DNA from: Lytechinus pictus | Taxonomy: Eukaryota | NCBI RefSeq assembly: GCF_037042905.1 | Contig: NC_087250.1 | Coordinates: forward strand, 17,424,001 to 17,488,000 | DNA: 64,000 nucleotides | Direction: 5' to 3' | In this document: positions 10,086-23,400 of the stretch, in pieces | How the letters are laid out: the number at the start of each line of letters is the position of its first letter | Position numbering within the stretch: the stretch's first letter is position 1 | Notes under the pieces: generated by a model | Seen by the model: the letters and a program-made list of their open reading frames with translations, nothing else | Databases searched by the model: none | Told to the model about the DNA's origin: nothing | Made by a program: the position numbers and the translations under genes

Positions 10086-12046
10086 CTAAGAAGAAACAAA
10101 ATAGACAAAGGAGAACACATCTTATTATCTCCTACATAAATCAAATAATGCATGCTGATTGGTTTAAATAGCATCATGTGACCAAACATATTCTCACTAT
10201 TTTGTGATGATGATGAAATGGCTACTGAAGAAACTTGCTATTCCATGACGTCAATGATGGAATAGTGCACTATTCCATCATTGACGTCACAGATCGCGCA
10301 ATCTCTCGGGCGCAGGCACAAATGCGCGTTCCGCTGAGCATGTAGCTTCAGGAAAAGTAGGTCAGCGCACTGAGCACGTTATCTATATTTTGGTTCAGAT
10401 TTAAAAAAGATGAACTACGTGTACAAAAACTAGATTATCAAGATCTGTTGTTCTAACTTATTAAATGTAAGATATTAAACAAATATACCAGGCCTTTGTT
10501 TCGAAAGTATAGAGGGAATTATTCATCCTCTATTGTACTGGCAAAATTACTATTTCTCGATGGGTGCTTAACCCCTCAGGAAAAATAGTAATGCCAGTCA
10601 AATAGTTCCTACTATACTCAAAGCCTGGTATATTTGTATACTATCAACCATATTAAACATCTCAGTAATATCATTTTTCTATTTCATTTACCTACTTTGA
10701 AACCAAATAAAAGAGCAGTCTATGTTTGTTACTGCCCGCTTCCAAAAGTCAATGGCATACTGGATAGAAACTATCAGGCATTCCACATCAATTGATATAG
10801 GAGTAGGACAATAGTTTTTACTATAGTCCTGCTAGAGACTATTGGTATTAATGATCTTTTCTTTGGGCAGTAGGCAGGGTTGTAATAAAAAACGTTTTTT
10901 ATTAAAAAAAACAAATAAAACGTTTTTTATTGTTTTAGAACGTTTTAAATCGTTTTAAAACGTTTTTTTTTCCAACGAACGATGTAATTTTCCTGTAAAT
11001 CAATTAAATTATACACTTAATACAATATGATTTAAGCTCTTGATGTTTTAATTACATTTTTGGAGTATTAAGAGATGGCTACAATTTTTGTTACTGAATT
11101 TTCAACAGAAAAGTTCATATTTTTCCCAAAATTACTAAATCAAGGAAATTGAATGCCAAAAAATTAAGTTGACATTTTATAAGTTTATTCCTCATACATG
11201 TAGTCTCGGTTTTTTTTTAGTCTTATCAATCTATAGGGGTGAGAAGAAGTTGCACTATGTAAGAAAACAACATAATCTATAGACTATAGGCTTTCAAAGC
11301 TTAATTTCATTTATTCAATATGCTTTATTTCATTTGTATCAATTATACAAATTTTAAGTAATAATAATGATAATAATAGTCCGCTTTTTAAACAGTGCTT
11401 AATACATTGGAACGACGTGTCTAAGCGCTTTACAGATATATTATTAACCCAGTCATCGGATTCAATCAGTCATTCCCGCACACAATGTATGCACATCCTC
11501 CACTCCCTGGGTAGTATTCCAGTCAGTCGCTAGTGAGGCGCACACAGTACTGGACAAGCTACAATGACTTTCACATCCTACCGGGTACCCTCAAGTGCAT
11601 GAAATATAAGTTTGGGTTTAAATCTATAAATATTAGGCCCTTGAACTGCTTATTTCTTTAATTGAGGAATTTTAATCAAATTGTTTTTTTCAATGTTTGT
11701 TTTAACTGTTTTTTAAATAAATTTCTTATGTACAGTTTTGTGGTTACTTTTGGGTTTTTTTATCGTTTTTAATGGAAATTATTGGCAATTATTTTCCAAT
11801 CATTAACAAAAAGTACAAATATTGATACAGATAAAATGTTGGCGAAAAATTTGCATTGGCTTTACTTGTGTAATATCATGGAGCTATCAATGTGTTGATA
11901 GCTCCATGGTAATATCATAACCGCATATCCATGCATGTATCCAAAAAATAGTCTTGAACAATATGGCGTGGCCCTGCTGTTCTTATGGATTTATCATAGA
12001 AATTTTTAAGGGGGCCATTACAGTCCCCTGGGATTGTTAGGGTTAA

Positions 12047-12590
12047 AGGTCAAATCCACCCCAGAAAAATGCTGATTTGAATCAGTAGAGAAAATTCAAA
12101 CAAGCATAATGCTGAAAATTTCATCGAAATCGGATGTAAAATAAGAAAGTTATGACATTTTAAAGTTTCGCTTATTTTTCACAAAACATTTATAACAACT
12201 CAGTGATGTGCAAATGAGGGAGTTGATGATGTCCCTCACTCACTATTTCTTTTGTTTTTTTAATTGTTTGAACAATAAAATATTTCAATTTATACAGATT
12301 TGATAATAATGACCAACTTAACTGAACCAAAAAATGTTAAAACAATGGTAGTTCCACTCATGTTCAGGGAGGAAAAAAAATATATTTCACATGACAATGA
12401 GAAAATAACGACATACAAAATAAATAGTGAGTGATGTCATCAGTCCCCTCATTTGCATACCAACCAGGATGCGCATATAACTGTTTTGCGAAATTAAGCG
12501 AAACTTTAAAATGTCATCACTTTATTATTTTACATCCGATTTTGATGAAATTTTCAGCATAATACCCTTTTCTTGGGGTGGACTTGTCCT
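12047..12590. mobile_element. Kolobok-like MITE, family 2
   Basis: Long TIRs AGGTCAAATCCACCCC / GGGGTGGACTTGTCCT with a TTAA TSD; other copies at 52353-52948, 53719-54477 and about 59582-60830. Confidence 0.8.
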
Positions 12591-13415
12591 TTAAGGTTTG
12601 CTAGCTGATTATCTTATTCTGAATTAAACTACTTTTCTTCATCTTTACAAAGCGCAAAGTTTCACCTACTTTCGTGTGTACCTCAAGGTTACAATGTCAG
12701 TTATACTGTCTATTTGCAAAATATTATTGTGCTTGTGCAACACTTCCATTTCATTCAAGTACTACTATTACATATTTGAGCTTATTTTAAATAGTGTTTC
12801 TTTCACTGTCTAAAAGTGAGCACAACACTCAAATGCTTGTTAAAATGAGAATATATAGATTGATCTACATAATTGAACAGGAGGAAAGGAACATGACAAA
12901 GCGATGGAAAAGGGGAGAATAAGGGGGGAAAGAGAGAGGAGAAAAAGAGTGGTGGTGAGAAAGAGATTTAGTTAGAAGAAAATAATATACCACTTGAGAA
13001 AAAAAGTATAAAAAATATATTCATGTAAAATCACATCCATGCATATTTATAACACACAAGTCTATGAGGTGTTTTTTTCTTAAAATACAAGTACATGTAT
13101 GTTATATCTCCTTGAAGGTGGAAACCTTTTTTAATAATCAGTCTTTTAGACGCATAATTAATCATACATTTTTTTTTAATGTTTGATTTGCCAGATGACT
13201 AGAATATGAGGTTTAACGTAATATAGTAACATTAACAAAGGATTAATAAGAAATTGCTCTTTTTCAATTTTATACAAGTTAGGATAAGATATTTATGCAT
13301 ATTACTTTTATCTCTTGTCCAGGCAAAAAATCAATTTTGATTTTCAGGGGTTACTTTTCACCACCTACTAAATGGATCTGCAACATTGGATAATGAGCTG
13401 AGGAATACAAATTAA

Positions 13416-14003
13416 AGGAGAATGAAACTCTTGGAGCAAGTTAGCTTTTGTGAAAGCAGAAAAATCAAAGAATAAGATCAACAAAAGTTTGAGTAAAATA
13501 GGACTAGCAATAAAAGAGTTATGAGCATTTGAATGTCGAGATCACTAATGCTATGGAGATCCTCCCATTGGCAATGCGACCAAGATGTATGATGTCACAG
13601 ATGAACAACTCTCCCCTTTTGGACACTGAAAATATACCCCAAAACATCTCTTTTTGCTCATTCTAATCATATGACAAACGATTCATCAATGATATAATGT
13701 TGTGAAACGTCTGTACTTGTCATCTCATAAAGAGAACACCTCACCTTGTGATATACTCTATAAAAGTGAGAATATAAGTGAAATAACTAAGTACTAAAGT
13801 AATGAGGGAGTTGTACGTGTGTGATATCATAGATCTTGGTCGCATTGCCGATGGGAGGATCTACATGGCACTAGTGATCTCAATATTCAAATGCTCATAA
13901 CTTTCTTATTATTCATTCAATCTTCCTCAAACTTTCAACAATATGTTTCTTTGATTTTTCTCTTTGATATGGATTCAGCTGGTTTCAAGGGTTTCATTCT
14001 CCT
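13416..14003. mobile_element. Kolobok-like MITE, family 3
   Basis: TIRs AGGAGAATGAAAC / GTTTCATTCTCCT with a TTAA TSD and long internal inverted arms. Confidence 0.8.
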
Positions 14004-14022
14004 TTAAAAAATACATACTGAC

Positions 14023-14191
14023 CTCTCGTGGTGTGGCACCGGGCATCGTACCGGAGGTACCAGGTACCGGTACTACCGGTTCCTCTGCGGATTCCCCTAG
14101 TCTGTAGCCGGCACCTTTGAAGGCACGTGAGGCGTTTCTTGGCTGGGACGCCGAAGGGCCTCCGCCCGCTGCCACTTCCTCAGCACCGTGA
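14023..14191 (-). CDS. NSFL1C: NSFL1C/p47 exon 5
   Basis: Reads HGAEEV...AFKGAGYRLGES...TPRE (FxGxGYRLG motif); ttcAG acceptor and GTCAGT donor. Confidence 0.95.
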
Positions 14192-14962
14192 CTGAAATCA
14201 AATAATTATCGTAATGAGATTATAAGGTTTGCGTGGTGGAAATAATAAATGCGGAGGAGGTTTACAGTACAACGTGTGGTGAGTCCTAGGAGAACTGCGA
14301 AAAGTGGAAAGAGGTGGAAAATGGAGAGGCAAAAAAGTGGAAGGTTGGAAGTTAGAGTATTCTTTTCTGACATGAGTGCAATCCTTAGAAGGACTGTAAA
14401 CCAGAAATTTGAGAGGCTTGAGTAGTTGGAAAGATTAAAGGCTGGGTTGAGTCGGCGAGTGAAGTTGCAGAACAGGAGGAAAAACTCAACTTTTGGGGAG
14501 GTTGATTGTATTCTTTCGTTTGATTGAAGTCTCCCGAGGACGGACAGTCAACATGCCCAATACATGTATACTGATCTTTCTACTGCTCTACAATTCACTT
14601 GCCAGAGTAAAAACAACAAAAGATTTTCTGTTTTGATTTGAGGGTAATGGAAAATCACTAACCCTGATAAAGGTCAAACAGGGCCCTGTCTTACAAAGAG
14701 TTGCGATTGATCCGATCACTATGGATGGCCAGCAACGTCAACATCTACATAATGCATGTTTGTTCTCAATATTTTCTAACTACATGTATGATGTATATTG
14801 CATTCATTGCTTTCTTGAAAACTCACTGTGCTTCTCTTTGTTTACAAAGGACATCGGGCAAATTTCCTGTAGAAGAAATTATGACTCTGATGGATTTCCA
14901 TAGAGTTACGGTTGATTGGATCAGTCATAACTCTTTGTAAGACGGGGCCCAGAAATACTTAC

Positions 14963-15043
14963 TCTTTAGCATGTTTGAAGATGTTTTTGACCAGACTGTC
15001 CGCTTCCACCTTCTTCTTCTTTGGACCTACAACCTGCTGACCA
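14963..15043 (-). CDS. NSFL1C: NSFL1C/p47 exon 4
   Basis: Reads GQQVVGPKKKKVEADSLVKNIFKHAK (conserved SGQQxVGP); ctgcAG acceptor and GTAAGT donor. Confidence 0.95.
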
Positions 15044-15303
15044 CTGCAGAGAATGGAATGAATTATTTAGAACAAGATGCATAGAGAAACATGATCTTGA
15101 GCTCAATGCACAAAGAGCTTTTAAAACTGCAAGTGACAAAATAATAACAATAATACTAATACTTACTATATGCATATTATACCTCAATTGGTATCAAAGC
15201 CAGGCTTTCGGTACTATGCTTTCGTAGTGGAAGGACGCATTGGAGCGGAGCTCTGACCACCCATTGCCTAATACATACTAATTGATTTCAGCACCAACTA
15301 GCT

Positions 15304-16164
15304 ATGCTATCACATACTCAACGCCCTAACACCCGGCAGGCCTCGGCCAAGCACACGGCCAGTGGCCCATTGGAAAAAGATACCTCCCCTACAACTGCCA
15401 TGCCATCGAATGCCGATCTTCAACGGGATATTTCAAATTTCTCGAACAAGACTTTAGAAAAGCTTGACAGCATTACTAGAGAAATTCAATCTATGAATCG
15501 ACGTTTGAACGATGTAGAAGCTACCGTGGAATTGAACTCCGCTAAAATCATCGAGGTCGAGAATGCTATTCCTATCAAAATCGCCCCTCTACTAGATGAA
15601 ATTTCGAGTTTGAAGGAAAAGCTATTGCTGGCCGAAATCTACAACCGAAAATCAAACTTATTGTTTTATGGTGTTGAAGAAGTAGACCAGGAAAACATCT
15701 ACAACACTCTACATAAGATTTTTACTTTTCTTGGCATCGACGAAGAGAAGGCCAATGAGATTCAACTCGTAAACGCCCACAGACTACCCCGTCGCAACCC
15801 GAATGGAACCCCAGGTACCCGTCCATCAGGCCGACCAGCCCCCGCCCCGATCATCGCAAAGTTTGTACGGATGCCCGACCGGGACCTGATCCTCTCCACC
15901 TTCGAGAACCTGAAGCGACCTACTCCACAGCCCGCCCCGCAGCCGCAAGGATCAGCCTCAGCTATGCTGCCACGCCCCCCTCGCATAACGGTGAGGACGG
16001 ACCTACCACCCACCTTGAAGGCTCGCCGCGGTTACCTCGCCGAGGTTGCCTACAAGCTACGTAAAGAGAAAAACCTGTCAACTAGAATTAAACTACTAGG
16101 AGTGAAAATCGTCCTCCAGTGGAAAGAAAAAGGCACAGCAACGTGGAAACCCTACGAAGAGTAA
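15304..16164 (+). CDS. LINE ORF1p (coiled coil, RRM and C-terminal domain; L1-ORF1-like)
   Basis: 286 aa; heptad coiled coil followed by NRKSNLLFYGVEE, AHRL, PIIAKF and DLPP motifs typical of RRM-type ORF1 proteins. Confidence 0.88.
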   Translation: MLSHTQRPNTRQASAKHTASGPLEKDTSPTTAMPSNADLQRDISNFSNKTLEKLDSITREIQSMNRRLNDVEATVELNSAKIIEVENAIPIKIAPLLDEISSLKEKLLLAEIYNRKSNLLFYGVEEVDQENIYNTLHKIFTFLGIDEEKANEIQLVNAHRLPRRNPNGTPGTRPSGRPAPAPIIAKFVRMPDRDLILSTFENLKRPTPQPAPQPQGSASAMLPRPPRITVRTDLPPTLKARRGYLAEVAYKLRKEKNLSTRIKLLGVKIVLQWKEKGTATWKPYEE

Positions 16165-17299
16165 TACTTGGTCGTTCGTTACATCATGGTTATGTGATAT
16201 TATCAATCTTCAAGAGGAAATACAAAATTTCAATGTTAACGAGAAATACGTATTTTGAGATTACCTACAAGATGGAATGGAGAAAACCTGTCAACTATTT
16301 TTTATCTACAAAACATCAAAGTCGTACAGAGAAAGGACAAAGGGACATCAACATGTGATCCTGCGAAAATACAGCTACCCCGTCATCATTTTGAGGTGAT
16401 GTCTACTTTTATTTTGAATTATACTTACCATGAATTAATACTGAATCACTATGCTCTCATAAAAGGATAAATTAACCATATTTTCATTTTTGCCTCCTGT
16501 TACATTTTATCCGAATGTCGTTAACATAATGCGAGAATGTAAATTTCATATGAGCTTCGACACTAAGTCTGCTTTAGTATACATTATTTTGATTCAGGCT
16601 AACTTTTGTCCAACCAATTATCGTACATTTTGCTCACGAGCCTATACTGTTGATATCGGGGCAGATCAGGCTTGTTTTCTCTCTTTCTTTATTACAATTT
16701 TTTGTTTAACCAAGTATAAATGAGGTGGTTTATATGGTAAAAGTGAAGTTATCTGTTTTCTCAGAATTGTTATTGATGCTACCTGTTAATAATAAAATCA
16801 AAATTTGCTAGCAGCCTTTATGACTTTTCCCCCATATTCATTTAAGAATGGAACCTTATACCAAATCAAGTTCGTTTGAAGCCTGGACATTTATACATTG
16901 AATAAATGGATATACTTATTGTTATTGCTGTGTTTTAAATTCTGTGATACCCTGATCCAGGGAAGCAATCCATTAATTATAATCGATCAAGGAAAATCAA
17001 AACAAACCAGAGAAACGAATGCAAATTACAGCATAGATAATTCAAAATATACTGAATGATTTTGATTTTATTTTTCTCTTTCGGAATGTACTTAACAACT
17101 ACACCTTCCAGACTGTGCAATGGTGATTGCCGATCATAATTATCAATATTAAGATAAAGATTGCTTAACATCGGTTGCAATAGGTGTTGATCTTCATTTT
17201 GCTAAAACATGTTTTATGTAAATTTTACCTAAAAAGAAAAAGAAGAAACTGTCTTCATAATATGTCTTGTATTTTATATGACTAAAGTTTTCAAAACTA

Positions 17300-19960
17300 T
17301 TATCATACACAATTCTCTTGTTTAACCAGTTGGTCTTTTCCGTAGATCAATCTTTGAATTAAAAACTTTTTTTTTTTGTATATGAAACCTGATGAAGGAA
17401 TTACTCCAATCTCCTATTTTACATATTTTTCCCGCCACTTTTCCATTTAATTATACTGCAAACCCATCATTTTGTGTGTCACATCATAATCTCTTTAACC
17501 AATTAAGAAGTGTCCCAATTGGATTACGAATTCATTATTTGACTTGTCAAATATGTTAAACGGTTCGTCAGACAAGATTACTACTGAATTGACTTATTGT
17601 TACACCGAAAAGTGTTAAGCTTCTTGTACACACATTGTAGTATTTAATTCGCATGGCAGCATCCACATAAGGAGTGGCTTTTTATGCACCAATGGTCATT
17701 TCCCGCCTTCCACGCTGTCCATTGATATTATTGGTCGAGCGAGTATGAGAGTACATTCCAAACCAAACTGCATTGACCTATGTTAATTCACCCCCCCCTC
17801 TCTCTCTCCTATTCAATGGCATGTTATTATTATTTCGTATACAGCAGCGATCTGTTTACAAATATCTGCATAACTATACAAATCGACTTTTCTTAACACG
17901 CCTATTCTACATATCATAATGCTTCGACGCTATTTTGTATGTTTTGTAAAAAAAAAAATCAACATCCAATTTTATATTTCACATACAGACTGGAATTGGT
18001 CACGAACATCCTCTCTGTCGATCCAAAAAGAGAGGGAAGAAAGAGAGAGCGGGAGGGAGAGAATATGGTTCACCTAAATCATGTCATTTATAGTTGATTA
18101 TGCTTATACATAATGTATAGAATGTATATTAATTCCAGTGGCGTTCTCTCAGGTACATGGAGAAACCATTATTTTTTTTGTCTCGTACTTGACATTTAAT
18201 AAATTTACTTGCATATTATGCAGTTGTTTTTCCCGCCACTTTTCAGTTTCATTCCTATACGCTTACCTCTTTATGTGGCAACGGCTTAATCCAATTAAGT
18301 ACAGTCCTAAATTCCGACACAATTTCATTCTTTGACTTTCCAAAATATTTATACATTTTGTTAAAAGATTATTTACTGGGCTTCTCATGTGTTCACCTTA
18401 TACTTATAAAATATTTTAAACGGTTCGTCAACAAAGATTACTATTGAATTGACATATTGTTACACTGTTAAAGATTTTGCTTATTGTACACGCATTGTTG
18501 GAGTTAAATTTGCATGCCACATCCACAGGTTTCACCCAATAAGGCGTGGCCCTTTGGCGTGGCCTTTATGCACCGATGGTCATTTCCCGCCTTTCACGTT
18601 GTTCATTAATATTATTGGTCGATTGAGCATGAGAGAACATTATGCACTGACCATAATAAGCAATCTGCTTTGGCCTATGCAACCCCCCCCCCCTCCCTCT
18701 CTCTCAGCCTATTTAATGACATCTCATTACGTAATTAATACATTATTTGGTAAAGAAGCAATAATCTGCACTTAGTTCAAAATCAGTATCCCTTTATCTT
18801 TTATCAACAGACCTGAATTGATTAATGCAAATGTTGTTTAACGATCATTCTTTGAGCCAATTGTAAAGGGAGGGAGAGAGAGAGGGGGTCCACCCTCTCA
18901 CACTATCATGACTATAGAGTGTATATTGATGTCAGTGACATTCTCTTCAGGTACATGAAGTAACCATTATATTTAATCTCGTCCTTGACATGTATTTAAA
19001 TTACTTCTCTATAGAGATTTTTTCCCGCCAATTTTATGATTCATTCCAAAAGGCAATACCCTTTGTTTGGCAACGGCTTAATCTTATTCAAATAAGCAGA
19101 GTCCTAACTTAATAATACGATTCATTCCTTAACTTTTCCAAATATTTTAAACAACTTGTCAAGTAAGAAAGCGATTATATAGCTTCTTTTATTCACTTCA
19201 TTCGTTTGCCCATATCCACAGGTCTCGCCAAACAGGGCGTGGATTTTATGCACCACTGGTCATTTCCCGCCTATAACATTGTTCATGAATTTTATTGGTC
19301 GATGAATAGCATGAGTGAACCAAACGCTCCTGCTCTGCACCAATCAGTATTACCACCCCCCTCCCCTTCTCTCTCTCTCTCTCCACAGCGGCAAGTCATG
19401 ACATACAATATATATTTCTTTTTATAAAGCAGCAACAACCTGTATACAAAATTCTATCTATAGTTTTTGTACATTCACGTGTATAAGAATGCATACTTCA
19501 ACGTAGATATCCGGCTGTTTTGTTCATAAAATTTACTTTTGGACGGTCATTGATCAAAACAACAGCCTTTAAATCGTTTGTAAAAAGAAGAATAGGGAAG
19601 AGAGAGAGAGGGGGGGGGACACAATTTGCCTTTAAGTAAATCATTCCTGATTGTGTTGATTATGCTTGGTTATGCTTAATACACAAGAATGTATACTAGT
19701 TTTTGGTCTTGTCTTTTCAGCCACATGATGGATCCATTATATTGTGTTGGTCTTGTATTTTGAAATCACTAGTGTTTTTTCCCGCCACTTTTTCAATCAA
19801 TCACTATGCCATATACGCCCATTCTTTTGGCCCCAACTGCTTAATCTCTTTGTACAACTTAGAAAAGGCCCTAATTAGTTCCCATCTTATTCTTTGACTA
19901 CTCAAATATTTTAATCGGTTTGTCAGAAAAGAGATCCATTACTATATTATTAAACTGTGA
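17300..19960 (+). repeat. Diverged tandem modules of about 760-800 bp in the LINE inter-ORF spacer
   Basis: The anchor TTTTCCCGCCA recurs at about 17427, 18228, 19020 and 19777; GGTCATTTCCCGCCT recurs at about 17694, 18578 and 19258; each unit has a C/CT tract followed by a GA tract. Confidence 0.85.
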
Positions 19961-20486
19961 ATAGTGGGCTTGTAGTGCATTCTTGAACTCTCTATATACT
20001 TCCAAATTAATTCAAAGCTCATTTCCAGTCTCCCTCTTTTATTTATTCCTCACGGCAACAGATTTCTAGGAGAAAAAAAAATACTCCCTTTGATGTAGAC
20101 CATTCTCGGTATTTTCCAGACTGAAAAGTGTGTAATGCGGTTTCAATGTATTGATTCAATGTAGATTATGTAAGAATCTTTTTGTTACATGCTTAGAAAT
20201 CTATAGTATTGACTCAATCTTGTTGATTCATTGTTCTTTTTTGTAAATATTGTCTTCTTCCAATCCCCTCGTAGTAAACTCTAAGTTTTTATTTGCTGAA
20301 ATTGTTTTATCCATTGTATTTTTAGGGTGGTCGAGCTCTGCTCTGCTGCCCAGCCATCATTGACCAAGATGGGTCTTACTTTTTTTGCATTCATATATTA
20401 TGTTTTTATTGTTGATACAGTAGCACCACTTTCACACATGAATACACCTGTACACACACACCCACGCACATGCACCACTTGCACAA

Positions 20487-23400
20487 TTGCAGTTGACCTC
20501 TCTCCAAACCTCCGGTACTTTACATTTTTACGTCCCCCTGTTTGAGTCACATACTTTTACTCCAGATATTTTCATTGAGAACCCGCAAGATAGCAAATAT
20601 TACACTCCCCAAGAATTCAACAACGAATTTAATTTTACTCCAGATAATCTATCCCTTTTACATGCAAACATAAGAAGTCTAAATAGCAACTTTGAATATT
20701 TAGTTAACCTCTTACACTCATTAAATAACTTTCAGTTTTCAGTCATCGGTTTAAGCGAAACATGGCTACATGAAAATTCTCCTGACATGTTTAATATACC
20801 TAATTATAAATTAATAAGGGCGGACCGTAAGGGAAGAAGAGGAGGAGGAGTTGCTTTTTACATTTCACAAAATCTCAAATTTAAGATTCGATCTGATGTT
20901 AAATTATTGCATGCAGAGTCATTGTTTATAGAGATTGAAAATTCTAATTCCAAAAATATCATCATAGGATTAATTTATAGACCCCCTGATACAAATATCG
21001 ATCGTTTTCACGATGAACTAGAATATTTTCTTCATGAAATAGGGAATGAAAACAAACATTTTTTTTTGCTCGGTGATTTTAATATTAACTTCTTGCCCTC
21101 ATCTGACATTAATAATTCATCCAATTTCATGAAATTGATATATTCGTTTGGCTTTATTTCTATCATTAATAAACCCACAAGGATTAACTTGAATTCATCA
21201 ACTCAGATTGATAACATATTTTCGAATGTTCATAATAACAAAGCCACAGGAGGGATTTTATGTTCTGAAGTTTCGGACCACCTGCCTATTTTCTTAACTT
21301 GTGAATGTAAATTTTCTTTCCCCAAATCAAACAAAGAATATACTTATCGTAAAGAATCTAAACAAAATATAGAATTACTGAAGCAAGACCTAGTTTTGGA
21401 AGAATGGGATGATGTTTATAATGAAGTAAATCCCAATATTGCATACAATAACTTCAATAATACATTAAAACATTATTATGAAAAGAATATCCCTATAGGT
21501 AAAGTAAAAAACCAACGTAACAAACCCAAAAATCCTTGGATAACTAAAGGTTTACTGAAGTCCATACAGACACGTAATCGCCTATATAAATATCACTTAC
21601 GCAATCCAACTGATGATTCTTTAAAAGAATATAAAATATATCGTAATAAACTAACAAAATTAATTCGAATATCCCGAAAATTGCACTTTGCTAATAAAAT
21701 TAACGATGCCAATGGAAATACAAATACGACTTGGAAAATTATCAAAGAAGTGTTGGGTACAAAAACACACCCCCCACCTAATGATAAAATCACTCTCAAT
21801 GGATCTGAAATACTTGATCCCACTAATTATGCAAACTCATTTAATTCTTTCTTTACCAATATTGGGCCCGAGCTTGCAAACAAAATTAATAGTCCCAACG
21901 CACATTTTACAGATTACCTCTCAGATCCAAATCAAGAATCTCTTTTTTTAGCCCCAACAAACCCCTCCGAAATAATCACTATTGTTCGTTCCCTTCATAA
22001 TTCTAGATCCTCTGGTTGCGATGGCATTAACATGTCTCTTCTTAAGCAAATAATTCACCCTCTTGCCAGCCCTTTGACTCACATATTTAATAACTCCCTA
22101 TCTCAAGGTGTTTTTCCAGACTTATTCAAAATAGCAAAAGTAAATCCGATTTTTAAAAAAGACAACCCTCACGAAATAAGTAATTACCGTCCCATTTCCT
22201 TACTTCCAACAATATCTAAAATTCTAGAAAAAATAGTTTACACAAGACTTTATAAATTCATAAACAAATATAACATTCTAAATTGTAATCAATATGGTTT
22301 TAGAAAAAAATATTCAACAGACTTAGCATTACTTCAAATTTATGACAAAATAACAAATGCCATAGCGAACAAAGAACACGTAATTGGCATTTTTTGCGAT
22401 CTTAGTAAAGCGTTTGACACCCTCAACCATGAAATTTTACTATCCAAACTCAACCATTATGGAATACGAGGTCAATGTCTCTCATTTTTTAAAGACTACT
22501 TAAATAATCGAAGGCAATATGTCAATTTTAACAGTTACGACTCTGATTCTCTTTTAGTTCGATGTGGTGTCCCTCAAGGTTCCATTTTAGGCCCACTTTT
22601 ATTTTTACTCTACATTAACGACATTATTACAACCTCCTCTATTTTATCCTTCGTTTTATTTGCCGACGACACAAATATATTTTATTCTCATAGAGACCTT
22701 AATTCATTAACCAATATCGTAAATCGTGAAATTGATAAAGTATCAAACTGGTTCAAAGCCAATAAACTATCCCTTAATACAAAAAAGACACATTTTATGT
22801 ATTTCAGACACCATTCCCATAACATTAACACACCGATTGACATTAACATTGACGGCACCCCCCTAGAACAGAAAAAACAATCTAAATTTTTAGGTGTAAT
22901 TATGGACGAATCTTTGACTTGGAATCAACACATACACCATGTTACGATGTCCGTTTCTAAAAGTATTGGGATAATTTCCAAGTTAAAATTCACTCTTCCT
23001 GACAAAACTTTATTCTTGTTATACAATTCATTAGTCCTCCCTTATATAACATATTGTAATATCGTCTGGGCAAATTGTGGTTCTTTCAAACTAAACTCTG
23101 TCTTTAAACTACAAAAAAGAGCAATCCGTATGTGCACACGGTCACATTACTTGGCTCATTCTGACCCATTGTTTCATAAACTTAAAACCTTAAAAATCTT
23201 TGATATCAATACGATCCAAGTAGCCATCTTTATGTTCAAATATTTTAATAATCAACTTCCTCCATCCTTTAATGATATGTTTAGGTTTAACAGGTCTGTT
23301 CATTCCTACCCAACCCGCACATCAGGAAACCTTCATCTCACCAACCCTAAATTATTAATAACTCACAAATCAATTCGACATTATGGTCCTGATATTTGGA

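Noticed and set aside
14200..14560. Purine-rich block that may be an old minus-strand CR1-type RT fragment
   Set aside because: Too degenerate to support without a profile search.
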